This document shows positions 1 to 11,315 of a stretch of 64,000 nt of DNA, one piece after another; the stretch's first letter is position 1, and each line of letters opens with the position of its first letter. The notes beneath the pieces are model-generated. The model saw only the letters and a list, made by a program, of their open reading frames with translations, searched no databases and was not told the origin of the DNA. Origin of the DNA: Sedimentisphaerales bacterium. GTDB lineage: Bacteria > Planctomycetota > Phycisphaerae > Sedimentisphaerales > Anaerobacaceae. Location of the stretch: contig OY970194.1 of the NCBI GenBank assembly GCA_963708075.1, forward strand, positions 1,120,001 to 1,184,000, given 5' to 3'. Made by a program: the position numbers and the translations under genes.

Positions 1-119
1 GTTCAGTGCGTTGTCCTATCATCCGATACAGTATGGGCAGACCTTGGCGCGCCGAGGCGGCCGGATGGATTACTCGAATGCAGGGCTGCTGGAGGAGCCT
101 GACGCCATAAGGCAGAGCT

Positions 120-914
120 ATGAAGACGATATCGATAGTCAACCAGAAAGGTGGTTGTGCCAAGACGACCACGGTGTTGAATCTCGCCGCGGCTTTTGCC
201 CGGTCCGGGCAGCGGGTCCTGCTCGTGGACCTGGACCCCCAGGGGCATGCCACGATGGGGGCGGGCTTCAACCCGGATAACCTGGAGCGAACGATCTATG
301 ACGCCCTGGTGAACCCGGGCGTGTCCTTGTCCTCCGTCATCGTTCACACCGAGATCGAGTGGTTCGACGTGGCGCCGAGCAACGTGAGCCTGGCGGGCAT
401 CGAGGTCCAGTTGCGTGAGGCCATGGGCAAGCAACTGATCCTCGGCGAGCAGCTTCGACAGGTCGCCGACCACTACGACATCTGTCTCATCGACTGTGCC
501 CCGTGGCTGGGGCTGCTCATGATCAACGCTCTTGTGGCAAGCACCGATGTCATCATCCCGATGCAGGCCCATTTCTACGCGTTCGAGGGCTTGAAGAGGC
601 TGCTCGATACTACCCGCATGCTCAAAGAGCGATTCCAGCCTTGTTCCGCCAGGACGCTCGGCCTGCTCCTGACCTTCGTTGAAGATCGGCCTCTCTACAC
701 ACGCAAGATTCAACTCAAGCTCCACGAGATGTTCGGCGACCTGATGTTCAATACGGTCATTCACAAGACCGTGAAGCTGGTGGAAGCCCCGGATACGGGC
801 AGATCCATCTTCTCGTTTGCCCCGAACAGCAAGGCGGCTCTGGAATACCGGGCGCTGGCCGATGAAATCCTGGCTCGTCTGCGGACCGGCGAGCTGGCCG
901 TCGCCGCGGTCTGA
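120..914 (+). CDS. parA: ParA/Soj family ATPase
   Basis: N-terminal NQKGGCAKTTT deviant Walker A, LLVDLDPQG, LIDCAP motifs. Confidence 0.9.
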   Translation: MKTISIVNQKGGCAKTTTVLNLAAAFARSGQRVLLVDLDPQGHATMGAGFNPDNLERTIYDALVNPGVSLSSVIVHTEIEWFDVAPSNVSLAGIEVQLREAMGKQLILGEQLRQVADHYDICLIDCAPWLGLLMINALVASTDVIIPMQAHFYAFEGLKRLLDTTRMLKERFQPCSARTLGLLLTFVEDRPLYTRKIQLKLHEMFGDLMFNTVIHKTVKLVEAPDTGRSIFSFAPNSKAALEYRALADEILARLRTGELAVAAV

Positions 915-1059
915 ACTGCCCCGGAGACTCTCTCGCTCATATCATCGGCGGCAAAGTCTCGCCGCAACGGTTGTCGCATGCCTCGACTTGCAGTATCATT
1001 GCCTGCGGTTTCTCTGCAATGGTGGAGAGCCTGGTGGAGATCTTTGGGAGTGTTGAATC

Positions 1060-1967
1060 ATGGTTCCTCAAATCACGTTGAGCAAGAACGGTCCATCGTG
1101 TTCGCGGCTTGTGCACGGGCTTTGGCGTCTGGCCGGATGGAATAAGAGCACGTCGCAGATTCGTGCCGCGATCGATTTATGTCTGGAGAACGGCATCACA
1201 ACGTTTGATCACGCCGACATCTATGGGGACTACACGTGCGAGGGGCTTTTCGGCGACGCTCTGGCCGCCGCCGCGGTGGACCGCTCACGCATCCAGATCG
1301 TGACCAAGTGCGGCATCAAACTCGTCTCGCAGAACAGGCCCGGCCACAGGATTAAGTCGTACGACACGAGCTGTTCGCATATCCTCGCTTCCGTTGACAA
1401 TTCCCTCAAATGCCTGCATACGGACTACATCGACCTGCTGCTGATTCACCGGCCCGATCCGCTCGTGGATCCCGAAGAGGTGAACCAGGCCTTCGTTATC
1501 TTGCGGGACAGCGGCAAAGTCCGGCACTTCGGCGTCTCCAACTTCCTGCCGTCCCAGTTTGAGACCCTCGCTGCCCGGCTGGAGGTGCCGCTGGTGACGA
1601 ACCAGATCGAGTATTCAGTGATGCATGTCGCGGCTCATGCCGATGGAACGATCGACCTGTGCCAGAAGCTGGCGATTCGTCCCATGGCTTGGTCCCCCCT
1701 TGGCGGCGGCAGACTATTCCATCAGGACTCCGGACAGGCCGGCGCGTTGCGCGAACCCTCGGCAGAATCGGCCGTCACGTGGGCGGCGCGTCCGTCGATC
1801 AGGTCGCCCTCGCCTGGGTGCTCCGGCATCCCGTGCAATTCGCCGTGGTGCTGGGCACAGGGAACCCCTCACGCATCAGCAAGGCGATCGAGGCGCTCGA
1901 TATCCCGCTGTCCCGAGAACAGTGGTTCGAGATCTGGCAAACCTCCACAGGCCGCGACGTGCCGTAG
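1060..1967 (+). CDS. Aldo/keto reductase (YdhF-like), frameshifted near 1753
   Basis: FDHADIYG, IDLLLIHRPD, GVSNF motifs; C-terminal QVALAWVLRHP...LSREQWFEI is in the frame of ORF 1659..1967. Confidence 0.85.
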
Positions 1968-2005
1968 GATCGCTGTGTTCGATTTGGATTGAGCATCTTT
2001 CCTTC

Positions 2006-2101
2006 CGGGTGGCATCGGCAAGCGCAGTCTTCGGAGCTTGCCGATGGTGTCCGGGCATAGATACGAGCCCTCGGCAAGCCGGCGCTTGCCGATGCCACCC
2101 G
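2006..2101. repeat. REP/REPIN-like inverted repeat, family A (GGGTGGCA..CGGCAAG....CTTGCCG..TGCCACCC)
   Basis: Palindromic element between convergent genes; related copies at 53540, 54373, 59215, 60566. Confidence 0.85.
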
Positions 2102-2123
2102 CCGCTTTAGCCTATTTGGAGCA

Positions 2124-3083
2124 CTAGTGATGTGCGATGGGACTGGAAAGGATGTAGTCGAGCACTTCGCTGAGCCTGGCGGTGGCGACGGCGACGGTGG
2201 AGTCCGCCGCTCCATAGTAGAGGCGCAGCTCATCTGTTTCCTTGTACACGATGGCGCCCGTCGGAAATACGACATCGGCCACGTCGCCCACCCGCTCGTA
2301 GTAAGCTTGTGGTCCCAGGACCCACTCGGCGCTGCGGCGCAGCAGTTTCCACGGCTGGTTGAGGTCGGCCAGCGCCACGCCGACGCGGTAGATCTGCCCG
2401 GCAGTCGTCAGGCGAACGCCGTGATAGAAGATCAACCAACCCTCGGGCGTCTCGATCGGCTGGCAGGCCAGGCCGACGCGATGAGTGTCCCAGTAGGCCG
2501 GCCGGGTGTGGATGAGCAGTTGATGGTCGCCCCAGTGTTTCAGGTCCGGCGACAGGCTCAGCCAGATGTGGGCCTCGCCGCGAACGATAGGGCGGTGAAT
2601 CAGCGCGAAGCGGCCGTCGAATCGCCGCGGGAACAGGCAGGCATCCTTGTCCTCCGGCGGCAGCAGTGCACCCATGCGTGCGAAGGTCTTGAAGTTCTTG
2701 GTAATCGCCAGCGACACGAGCGGCCCGCCTTCGCTGAACGATACATAGGTGACGGCGAATTCCTTCTGCTCCTCCAGCCAGACGATGCGGGCGTCCTCCA
2801 CGCCCCAGCGTTCCTCGTTTGACTGAGGATCGGCGGTGAATGTCGGCTCCGCATCGATCTGCCAGTCGGTGAAGCCATTGGGGCTTCGCGCCATGGTCAG
2901 GTGGGAGGACCCTCGCATATCCTCGACCCTTACCAGCAGCAGCGTCTCGTTTCCGAGCCTGGTCGCCGCCGGATTGAACACGGCGTTGGCCGGATACGGC
3001 CAGTCCTGCGGCTTCAGCACGGGATTGCCGTCAAACCGCCTGAACAGATCGTGCGCCTTCTTCTCTCTTTCCTGCTGCGACAT
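2124..3083 (-). CDS. GH130 family glycosidase / mannoside phosphorylase
   Basis: AVFNPAA, GVEDARI, EDKDACLFP, YHGV, GDVADVVFPTG, YYGAAD motifs. Confidence 0.88.
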   Translation of the reverse strand: MSQQEREKKAHDLFRRFDGNPVLKPQDWPYPANAVFNPAATRLGNETLLLVRVEDMRGSSHLTMARSPNGFTDWQIDAEPTFTADPQSNEERWGVEDARIVWLEEQKEFAVTYVSFSEGGPLVSLAITKNFKTFARMGALLPPEDKDACLFPRRFDGRFALIHRPIVRGEAHIWLSLSPDLKHWGDHQLLIHTRPAYWDTHRVGLACQPIETPEGWLIFYHGVRLTTAGQIYRVGVALADLNQPWKLLRRSAEWVLGPQAYYERVGDVADVVFPTGAIVYKETDELRLYYGAADSTVAVATARLSEVLDYILSSPIAHH

Positions 3084-3244
3084 TGCCTGCGCCCTGAATC
3101 ATCTGCAACGCACGGCACCGGATCCCTGCCTGAGTGGTCACAGATGCTCTCTGTCAGACTATAGAGCGGAGAGCGGCGCAGAGTTCACAGAATCGGCCGG
3201 CGTAAAGAGAATGAGCAGATGCCTTATGGGGCAGAGCCCGCCGG

Positions 3245-5449
3245 CTATGCCTGGATCAACTGTGTCTCATATAACCGTTGGTAAACTGGACAGGTCTGCA
3301 TCAACTGCTCGTGGTGGCCCTGGGCAATGATCCGCCCGCCGTTCATAACCACGATCACATCGGCCGAGATCACCGTGCTGAAGCGGTGGGCGATGACGAA
3401 AGTGGTTCGGCCCCGCATGACCTCTTCAATGGCCTGGTGAATCTTGGCCTCGCTGTCCGCGTCCACCTGGCTCGTCGCTTCATCGAAGATCAGGATGGCT
3501 GGATTTTTCAGAATGGCCCGCGCGATGATGATCCTCTGCAACTGTCCGCCGCTGAGCCCGGTGCTGTGCTCGCCGATGATGGTGTTGTAGCCGTCGGGCA
3601 TCTGGGAAATGAACTCATGGGCGAACGCGCGCTTCGCGGCGTCGACGATCTCTTCCTGCGTGGCGCCGTGGCGTCCGTAGCCGATGTTGGCGGAAATCGT
3701 GTCATTGAAGGTGATCACGTCCTGCGTGACCATTCCGATCTGCGCACGCAGGCTCTCTATGGTGACGTCGCCGATGTCGTGGCCGTCCATGAGGATTCTG
3801 CCGGAGTCCGGATCGAAGAACCGCGGCAGCAGGTTTATCAGAGTGGTCTTGCCCGAGCCATTGGGGCCGACGACCGCTACATTGTGGCCCGCGGTCACGT
3901 TCAGGTTCACCCCCGCCAGGGCAGGCTGCTCAGCGCCGGGATAGGTGAAGACGATATCACGGAATTCTACGTTGCCGCGGACCGGCGGCAGGGTGGCTGC
4001 GTCGGGCTTCTGAAATTCCAGCGGCTGCTCCATGACGGCGAAGACTCTCTCCGCCGCCGCATTGGCCTGTTGAATCCTGTTCCAGATATCACTGGTTTTT
4101 CGCACGGATTCGGCCGAGGCGCCCAGCATAGCGAGCAGGGCCAGGAATTCGGGACCGTCCAGACCGCCGCCCAGCACCCAGCTCATACCCAAGACGATGG
4201 CCCCCGCGCCGGCCAGAATGCCGAAGACTTCCAGGACAGGGCTGGTGGCTGCCTCCACCTTCGACATGCGAAGCAGTTGCTTGAGCAGGCGGTCGTTGAT
4301 CCCCTTGAATAGCTGCTGCTCATGCCCCTGACGGTTGTACACCTTCACGACGCGCAGCCCCACCATCGCTTCCTGCAGTTTCGCCAGCATTTCGGAGCCG
4401 GCCACGAGAGAGCGGCGGGTCGCCTTTTTCATTTTTGAGCCGAAGGTGGCCAGTGCGGCCAGCACAAACGGCGCTCCGCACAGGAACACAAGGGTAAGCT
4501 GCCAGTTCAACATGATGGCCGCGGCGGTCAGGGCCAGTGCAATCATGGGCTCTCGCAGACCCTTGCCGAGCAGCACTTTGATCGCACCGCCCAGGATGGT
4601 TGTGTCACGAATAAGCCGGCTGATCGCATCGCTTGGCCGTTCCCGGGCAAAGGCGCTCATCGGCATGTTGGTTACGTGGGCGAAGACGTCCTCCCGGAGA
4701 TGATTGACCGCCACCTGCACGATCTTCTCGCCCAGATAGTCCTGGTAGAACTTGGCTATGCACCGGATGATGGTGACGACGACCATCACCATCATGATGA
4801 TAGCGACCGCTCGGATCTGGTTTGCCGGCGTCTGCTCGCGGGGCAGGAGGCTCACGACTCGTCGCGCAACCCGAAGACCGGCGAGACTGACTCGCCACTG
4901 CAACGTCCGGAACACACCCCAGTTCAGGTCCTTGATGTAGGCAGCGTTGCGCGGCGTCGCCACATCGATTCTTTGGACCGCTGATGCACCCTGCTCCAGG
5001 GGACGCACCAGCTCAATGGATACTGTCTCGCCTGGCGCACTGGCCAACTCAAGGAGCAAGCGTGTGTACGGGACCTGCGATTCCGGCCCATCGCCTGACA
5101 CATCGTTGACATCGATGATCTGATCGTTCGGCCGAATACCGGCCTTTTTCGCAAGTCCATTCTTCTCCACATGAGTGACCAGGAGACGATGACGCAAGGA
5201 GGATCCCGATGTATCCGCCAGATTGGCCACGTTCGGGGTACTGAATCGTAACCCGTACTGGCGCTCGCAGGCGTTTCGGTCCACCCATCCGTGAAGGCCC
5301 TCGCCGCCCATCATCACCGTCAGCAAGGGGATGATCGTCATGAAGCTGATGGACAGCAGCAGGCCGATGGCCAATGCGCTGACAACGACAGCGATGACGC
5401 GGGGCCACTGCGGCCATACATAGCGAAACACCTGCCAGAAGGCTTTCAT
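3245..5449 (-). CDS. MsbA-like ABC exporter (TMD+NBD) with PDZ-like insert
   Basis: Walker A GPNGSGKTT, LSGGQ, IFDEATS, IAHR; TM helices; start set at MKAFW. Confidence 0.9.
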   Translation of the reverse strand: MKAFWQVFRYVWPQWPRVIAVVVSALAIGLLLSISFMTIIPLLTVMMGGEGLHGWVDRNACERQYGLRFSTPNVANLADTSGSSLRHRLLVTHVEKNGLAKKAGIRPNDQIIDVNDVSGDGPESQVPYTRLLLELASAPGETVSIELVRPLEQGASAVQRIDVATPRNAAYIKDLNWGVFRTLQWRVSLAGLRVARRVVSLLPREQTPANQIRAVAIIMMVMVVVTIIRCIAKFYQDYLGEKIVQVAVNHLREDVFAHVTNMPMSAFARERPSDAISRLIRDTTILGGAIKVLLGKGLREPMIALALTAAAIMLNWQLTLVFLCGAPFVLAALATFGSKMKKATRRSLVAGSEMLAKLQEAMVGLRVVKVYNRQGHEQQLFKGINDRLLKQLLRMSKVEAATSPVLEVFGILAGAGAIVLGMSWVLGGGLDGPEFLALLAMLGASAESVRKTSDIWNRIQQANAAAERVFAVMEQPLEFQKPDAATLPPVRGNVEFRDIVFTYPGAEQPALAGVNLNVTAGHNVAVVGPNGSGKTTLINLLPRFFDPDSGRILMDGHDIGDVTIESLRAQIGMVTQDVITFNDTISANIGYGRHGATQEEIVDAAKRAFAHEFISQMPDGYNTIIGEHSTGLSGGQLQRIIIARAILKNPAILIFDEATSQVDADSEAKIHQAIEEVMRGRTTFVIAHRFSTVISADVIVVMNGGRIIAQGHHEQLMQTCPVYQRLYETQLIQA

Positions 5450-5651
5450 CGCAGCGAAGCTCTCCAACCAATAACTATTGTTCCAAGCCGTCTTTCGGCG
5501 CGTCACCGGAACGTCGGGCAACCCGCACAGCAGGTGGGGGACGGCCGGTCCGTGGACAGTCCGCGCACACTAACAGACTCGCGTCGCGCGGTCAAGTCTA
5601 AAGACCGCCGATCAGCGTGAAGAGGTTTGTGCACAGAGTGCCGCGAGGCCG

Positions 5652-7124
5652 TCAGTACTTCCTGCGGAAGCGGGCCGTGGGAATGTTCATGAGCTTGCGG
5701 TATTTTGCGACCGTTCGCCGGGCCAGGTTGGAGATGCCGGCCTCAGCCAGCTTCTTGCGAATCTCATCGTCGTTGAGCGGCCCGGTCTTGTCTTCCTCAT
5801 CGATGATCTGCTGCAACTTGGCGCGGATCGCCTCCCAACTATGAGCTTCGCCGCTCGCGTCTTCCATGCCGCCACTGAAGAATTTTCGCAGCGGCAGGAT
5901 GCCCCAGGCACATTGCAGATACTTGCCCGAGACCGCCCGCGAGACGGTGGCCAGATGCACGCCCACCTCGTCGGCGATTTTGGACATGGGCAGCGGCCGC
6001 AGGTGAAGGGGTCCTTGCTCGAAGAAGCCTCGCTGGTGCCTGACGATGGCCTGGGAGACCCTGAGAAGGGTGATTCTTCGCTGTTCGATAGCCTCCATGA
6101 TCCACGCGGCTGAGCGGATATTGTGCTGCAGGAATTTTCGGGTCTTCTCGGCGACCTGTCGATCCTTGGCCATGTCCATGTACTGCTGGTTGAGTCGCAG
6201 CCCCGGCAGGTGGGCATCGGCCAGGCGGACGACGAACTCGTCCGAGCCGTTGGACGACTCGACGATGACGTCCGGCGTGATCGGGATATTCTCGTTGCGC
6301 CCGACCTGCAGGCCGGGGGACAGGTCCAGCTTGCCCAGTCGCTCGATGGCTTGGCGGACTCGCTCGATACTGCACTCCATCTTCCTGGCGATGTCCGGCA
6401 GCCGATTTTCCAGCAGGGCGTCCATGTGGTCGCCGATGAGCCGGTACTCGAAGGCAAGGTCCTTGTTGCTCTGGGCCATCTGGATGAGGAGGCACTCCCT
6501 CAGGTCGCGTGCCCCGACGCCGGGCGGGTCCAGTTGCTGCACGAGTTGCAACGCTTCTTTCAGATGCTCGGGCGTGAAATCCGTGCTGTCTTTCGTGTGC
6601 AGTTGCTCCAGCGGGACCGTCAGGTATCCCCGGTTGTCGATGAAGTCGATGATCGCAACACCGGCCTTTCTCACCGGCTCGTCCACGTCCATCAGGCGCC
6701 ACTGCTCGACAAGATAATCGTGCAGCGACTGCGGGGGGGCCGCCGTGTTCTTGATCGCCTCCAGCTTGCGGTCTTTCTCCTCGCTGTACCGGCGGCTGTA
6801 GTACGGGCCGGACTGGTCGAGAAAGTCTTTGAAGTCGTCATCGAGGTTGTCCAGCCGCTTGAAATCCTCCGCCTGGTTCTCGCTATTCACGACAAGGGTC
6901 TTCTCTGCGTCGTCGCTTTCCACAGGCGCCGCTTCCGGCGTCTCGGCTTCATCTGCGTCCGAAGACTCCTCCAGTTCGAGGACGGGATTGCTGTTGAGCT
7001 CCTGTTCGATGCGCTCCTGCAGAGCCAGAAGGGGGAGCTGGAGAATCTCCATGGACTGGATCATATGCGGAGCCAGCTTCATACGCTGCTCCATTCGCAT
7101 CTGTCCTGTCATCTCCAGCTTCAT
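5652..7124 (-). CDS. rpoN: RNA polymerase sigma-54 factor
   Basis: QSMEILQLPLLALQERIEQEL region I, PPGVGARDLRECL, RpoN box ARRTVAKYR. Confidence 0.97.
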   Translation of the reverse strand: MKLEMTGQMRMEQRMKLAPHMIQSMEILQLPLLALQERIEQELNSNPVLELEESSDADEAETPEAAPVESDDAEKTLVVNSENQAEDFKRLDNLDDDFKDFLDQSGPYYSRRYSEEKDRKLEAIKNTAAPPQSLHDYLVEQWRLMDVDEPVRKAGVAIIDFIDNRGYLTVPLEQLHTKDSTDFTPEHLKEALQLVQQLDPPGVGARDLRECLLIQMAQSNKDLAFEYRLIGDHMDALLENRLPDIARKMECSIERVRQAIERLGKLDLSPGLQVGRNENIPITPDVIVESSNGSDEFVVRLADAHLPGLRLNQQYMDMAKDRQVAEKTRKFLQHNIRSAAWIMEAIEQRRITLLRVSQAIVRHQRGFFEQGPLHLRPLPMSKIADEVGVHLATVSRAVSGKYLQCAWGILPLRKFFSGGMEDASGEAHSWEAIRAKLQQIIDEEDKTGPLNDDEIRKKLAEAGISNLARRTVAKYRKLMNIPTARFRRKY

Positions 7125-7245
7125 CGAGACACCTTCATGCACTCCAACTACGGGCTGCCATACTGCTGGCGCGAGTCTATCATAGCCTCGACAAGGATTT
7201 CGTCAACACGAGCGTCTCGCTTCAGTGGATTCCGCCCATCCGGTG

Positions 7246-7851
7246 CTACTCGATTTCCTGTCTGCCGAGGATGGCGTCCGTGAGGATTCTTCCGCTGGCG
7301 TACTCGATGGTGCTTCCGGTGGGCAGGCCGCGCGCCAGGCGCGTGATCTTCACCCCCAGAGGTCTCAATAACGAGCCGAGATACAGCGACGTGCCGTCCC
7401 CTTCGAGATTGGGGTTCGTGGCCATGACGATCTCTTTGACCTCGCCGCCGCGGACCCGCTCGACGAGCTTGTCAACGGTCAAGTCGCTCGCGTCGATCCC
7501 TTCCAGAGGCGCGATGTGTCCGCCGAGGACGTGGTAGAGCCACTTGCACGCCCCGGTCTTCTCCAGGGAGATGACATCCTTCGGCTGCTCGACGACGCAG
7601 ATCAGGCTCCTGTCTCGCCGGGTGTCGGCGCAGATCTGGCAGACATCCCCCTCGGACAGGTTGCAGCAAGTCTTGCATCGCTGGATTTTGGTCTTGACGT
7701 TCCGTATGGCGTCGGCCAGGGCCATCGCCTCCGGAGCATCGGCTTTGAGGATGTGGAAGGCCAGGCGCTCTGCCGTCTTCGGTCCGATCCCCGGCAGTCT
7801 TCCGAACTCTTCGATCAGTTTATTCAATGTCGCTGTATATGCACTGCTCAT
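7246..7851 (-). CDS. recR: Recombination mediator RecR
   Basis: LPGIGPKTAERLA HhH, C4 zinc finger, Toprim ATNPNLEGDGT, TRLARGLP. Confidence 0.97.
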   Translation of the reverse strand: MSSAYTATLNKLIEEFGRLPGIGPKTAERLAFHILKADAPEAMALADAIRNVKTKIQRCKTCCNLSEGDVCQICADTRRDRSLICVVEQPKDVISLEKTGACKWLYHVLGGHIAPLEGIDASDLTVDKLVERVRGGEVKEIVMATNPNLEGDGTSLYLGSLLRPLGVKITRLARGLPTGSTIEYASGRILTDAILGRQEIE

Positions 7852-7881
7852 AGCTAAGGTAATCTATTCCTGTACTTCCCG

Positions 7882-9585
<1,704 letters not shown>

Positions 9586-9586
9586 C

Positions 9587-9620
9587 AGATCTATGAACTA
9601 TGAATTATCATCTATGATTT
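9587..9620. repeat. Degenerate 7-mer tandem repeats (ATCTATG-like), left flank of four-helix-bundle gene
   Basis: agatctatgaactatgaattatcatctatgattt; roughly the reverse complement of 9990-10022. Confidence 0.7.
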
Positions 9621-9971
9621 GCGACTGCCCTGGGTCGTGTGCCTTGAAGCAATGAAGATCGACTTCAACTCCTCACCTTCAGCAAGTAGCGGGCCGACCC
9701 GCTTCTTGGCCAAGAGGGCCTCATCTGTGATGAACTCCATCCAGAAGCATGACTCATCAACTTCTTCGATTACTATCCTGAGTTTGGCGATCCAGGCAGC
9801 TTTTGACTGTGCGACGCAAGCCGCCCGGTGGTTTGCTGCTGCCCCGGTCGAACTCCGGATCAACTGTCCACGAATATGCCGCCCGAGTGGCGTTTCGGGC
9901 AAAGCCAGTGCCAGTCTCACACACCGATGAGCGAACTCCTTGAGCCTTTCCAGCAGTTACCGCCGGTCCAC
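9612..9971 (-). pseudogene. Four helix bundle protein (IVS-protein-like family) with in-frame TAA at codon 5
   Basis: GGGAGG RBS then GTG GAC CGG CGG TAA CTG CTG GAA... reads MDRR*LLERLKEFAHRCVRLALALP...GQLIRSSTGAAANHRAAC...KLRIVIEEVDESCFW. Confidence 0.8.
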
Positions 9972-9989
9972 GGTCCTCCCCTCCGACCC

Positions 9990-10022
9990 AAATCATAAAT
10001 CATCAATCATAGATCATAGATG
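9990..10022. repeat. Degenerate 7-mer tandem repeats (ATCATAG-like), right flank of four-helix-bundle gene
   Basis: aaatcataaatcatcaatcatagatcatagatg. Confidence 0.7.
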
Positions 10023-10030
10023 AAAAAAGA

Positions 10031-10129
10031 TCGGCCGGGTTGCCCCACACACAACCAAGCGTCCGCTTATGGCTGCTCGGTTCCCCGCCTGACCAGGTTC
10101 ACGGGCTCGGCTTGCATGGGACCCGGCCG
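10031..10129 (-). ncRNA. ffs: Signal recognition particle RNA (small bacterial SRP/4.5S)
   Basis: Minus strand has GUCAGG-CGG-GGAA-CCG-AGCAG domain IV motif, terminal CGGCCGGGU/ACCCGGCCG stem followed by U-run, and lies upstream of dnaX-recR. Confidence 0.92.
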
Positions 10130-10358
10130 GTAAATCACGACCTGCTATTTACGAGTCAAAGAGCACTCCAACCACCAACGGCCCCACTATAGCACAGTGG
10201 CCGCCGGTTTTCCACCAAGATTTTGGGTTTTCTTGTTCCTATCCCCGTCCCACATTATACGACCATCCCCCAACCCCAGTTCAGCCACAGGACCGGCCGG
10301 CATTCGTCCGGACTACAGGCAGTGTCGTCGGCAATCGCTGGCGGATTCGGGACTCAGC

Positions 10359-10460
10359 GTAGGACGAGCGTCCTCGCTCGTCCCTCTTGGGCTGGAGCCT
10401 TGTACAGTATCGAGTCCACCACAAGTGTCCGAAATGGTCGTGCGGGGACGCGCGACCTAC
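10359..10460. repeat. GTAG...CTAC bounded REPIN-like element
   Basis: gtaggacgagcgtcctcgctcgtcc hairpin and ggtcgtgcggggacgcgcgacctac hairpin. Confidence 0.55.
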
Positions 10461-10549
10461 AACGAGCCTCGCCGATTACCACCATATTCCGACCGCACCC
10501 GCTACAGGCGGACCTCCCTTCGGTGCCCCCAGGTCGGTCTGGCGTTTCT

Positions 10550-10984
10550 TCAGTAATCCAAAGTCAGGATTCGGCCCTTGGTGAAGGTGAAGAACTTGTC
10601 CTTGTCGGCGATCTGGATGCCTTCGGCGAGGTCTTGGGCAGTCTTCCCGGCCGCCTGGAGGCACCCGGGGCAGGCCATGATCGTCACCTTCTTGTCCAGC
10701 AGTCTGCGGATCAGGGTCTGGGAGGATGGCATCTGGGAGAACTGGATGTCCGGTGCATCTTTCAGACACGCCTCGATCCCCTTGATGTCGAAGTAGACCA
10801 GGACGTCTCTCTGCTCCTGCATGATCTCGGCCATCCGCAGGGCCATCATGACCCGATGGGGGTCATCCCTGCCGCGACTGATATGGATGAACACGCCATC
10901 CCGCGGCTCCGGCCCGGGAGCTTTCATTGCCGCAATGCCGCCAACCAGCACCAATCCGATCAGAAACAGCCATCTGCCTTTCAT
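10550..10984 (-). CDS. DsrE/DsrF-like family protein with signal peptide
   Basis: Hydrophobic N-terminus, VYFDIKG, ACPGC motif; RBS aaaggag upstream of second Met. Confidence 0.75.
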   Translation of the reverse strand: MKGRWLFLIGLVLVGGIAAMKAPGPEPRDGVFIHISRGRDDPHRVMMALRMAEIMQEQRDVLVYFDIKGIEACLKDAPDIQFSQMPSSQTLIRRLLDKKVTIMACPGCLQAAGKTAQDLAEGIQIADKDKFFTFTKGRILTLDY

Positions 10985-11315
10985 CGTGTGCTCTCCTTTC
11001 ATGTCCGCCGTTCACGTCGGCCAACAATCGACCGCCCGGCACCATGAAAGACAAAGACCCGCTCCCGCCCGTATCAGGAATTTCCTTGCCCGCTGTCCGG
11101 GCCAGGCGGTACAATAGAGCCAGACTAAGGAACGAAGGCGGGCAATCGCATTATCATAAGCTTTCGTCGTTATCATACTTCATTCGTTTCTCATTCATCC
11201 CCGCCCGCCTCCGCAAGCCATGGATGTCTGTGCAGCCGGTGAGTATCCAAGTGATTCGCCCCGGCGGCATGCTCATTATCCATATTCATCATCCATCGTT
11301 AAAGGAGGCAAAGAG

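Noticed and set aside
10135..10550. tRNA upstream of ffs
   Set aside because: No cloverleaf or T-loop GTTCGA with matching stems seen
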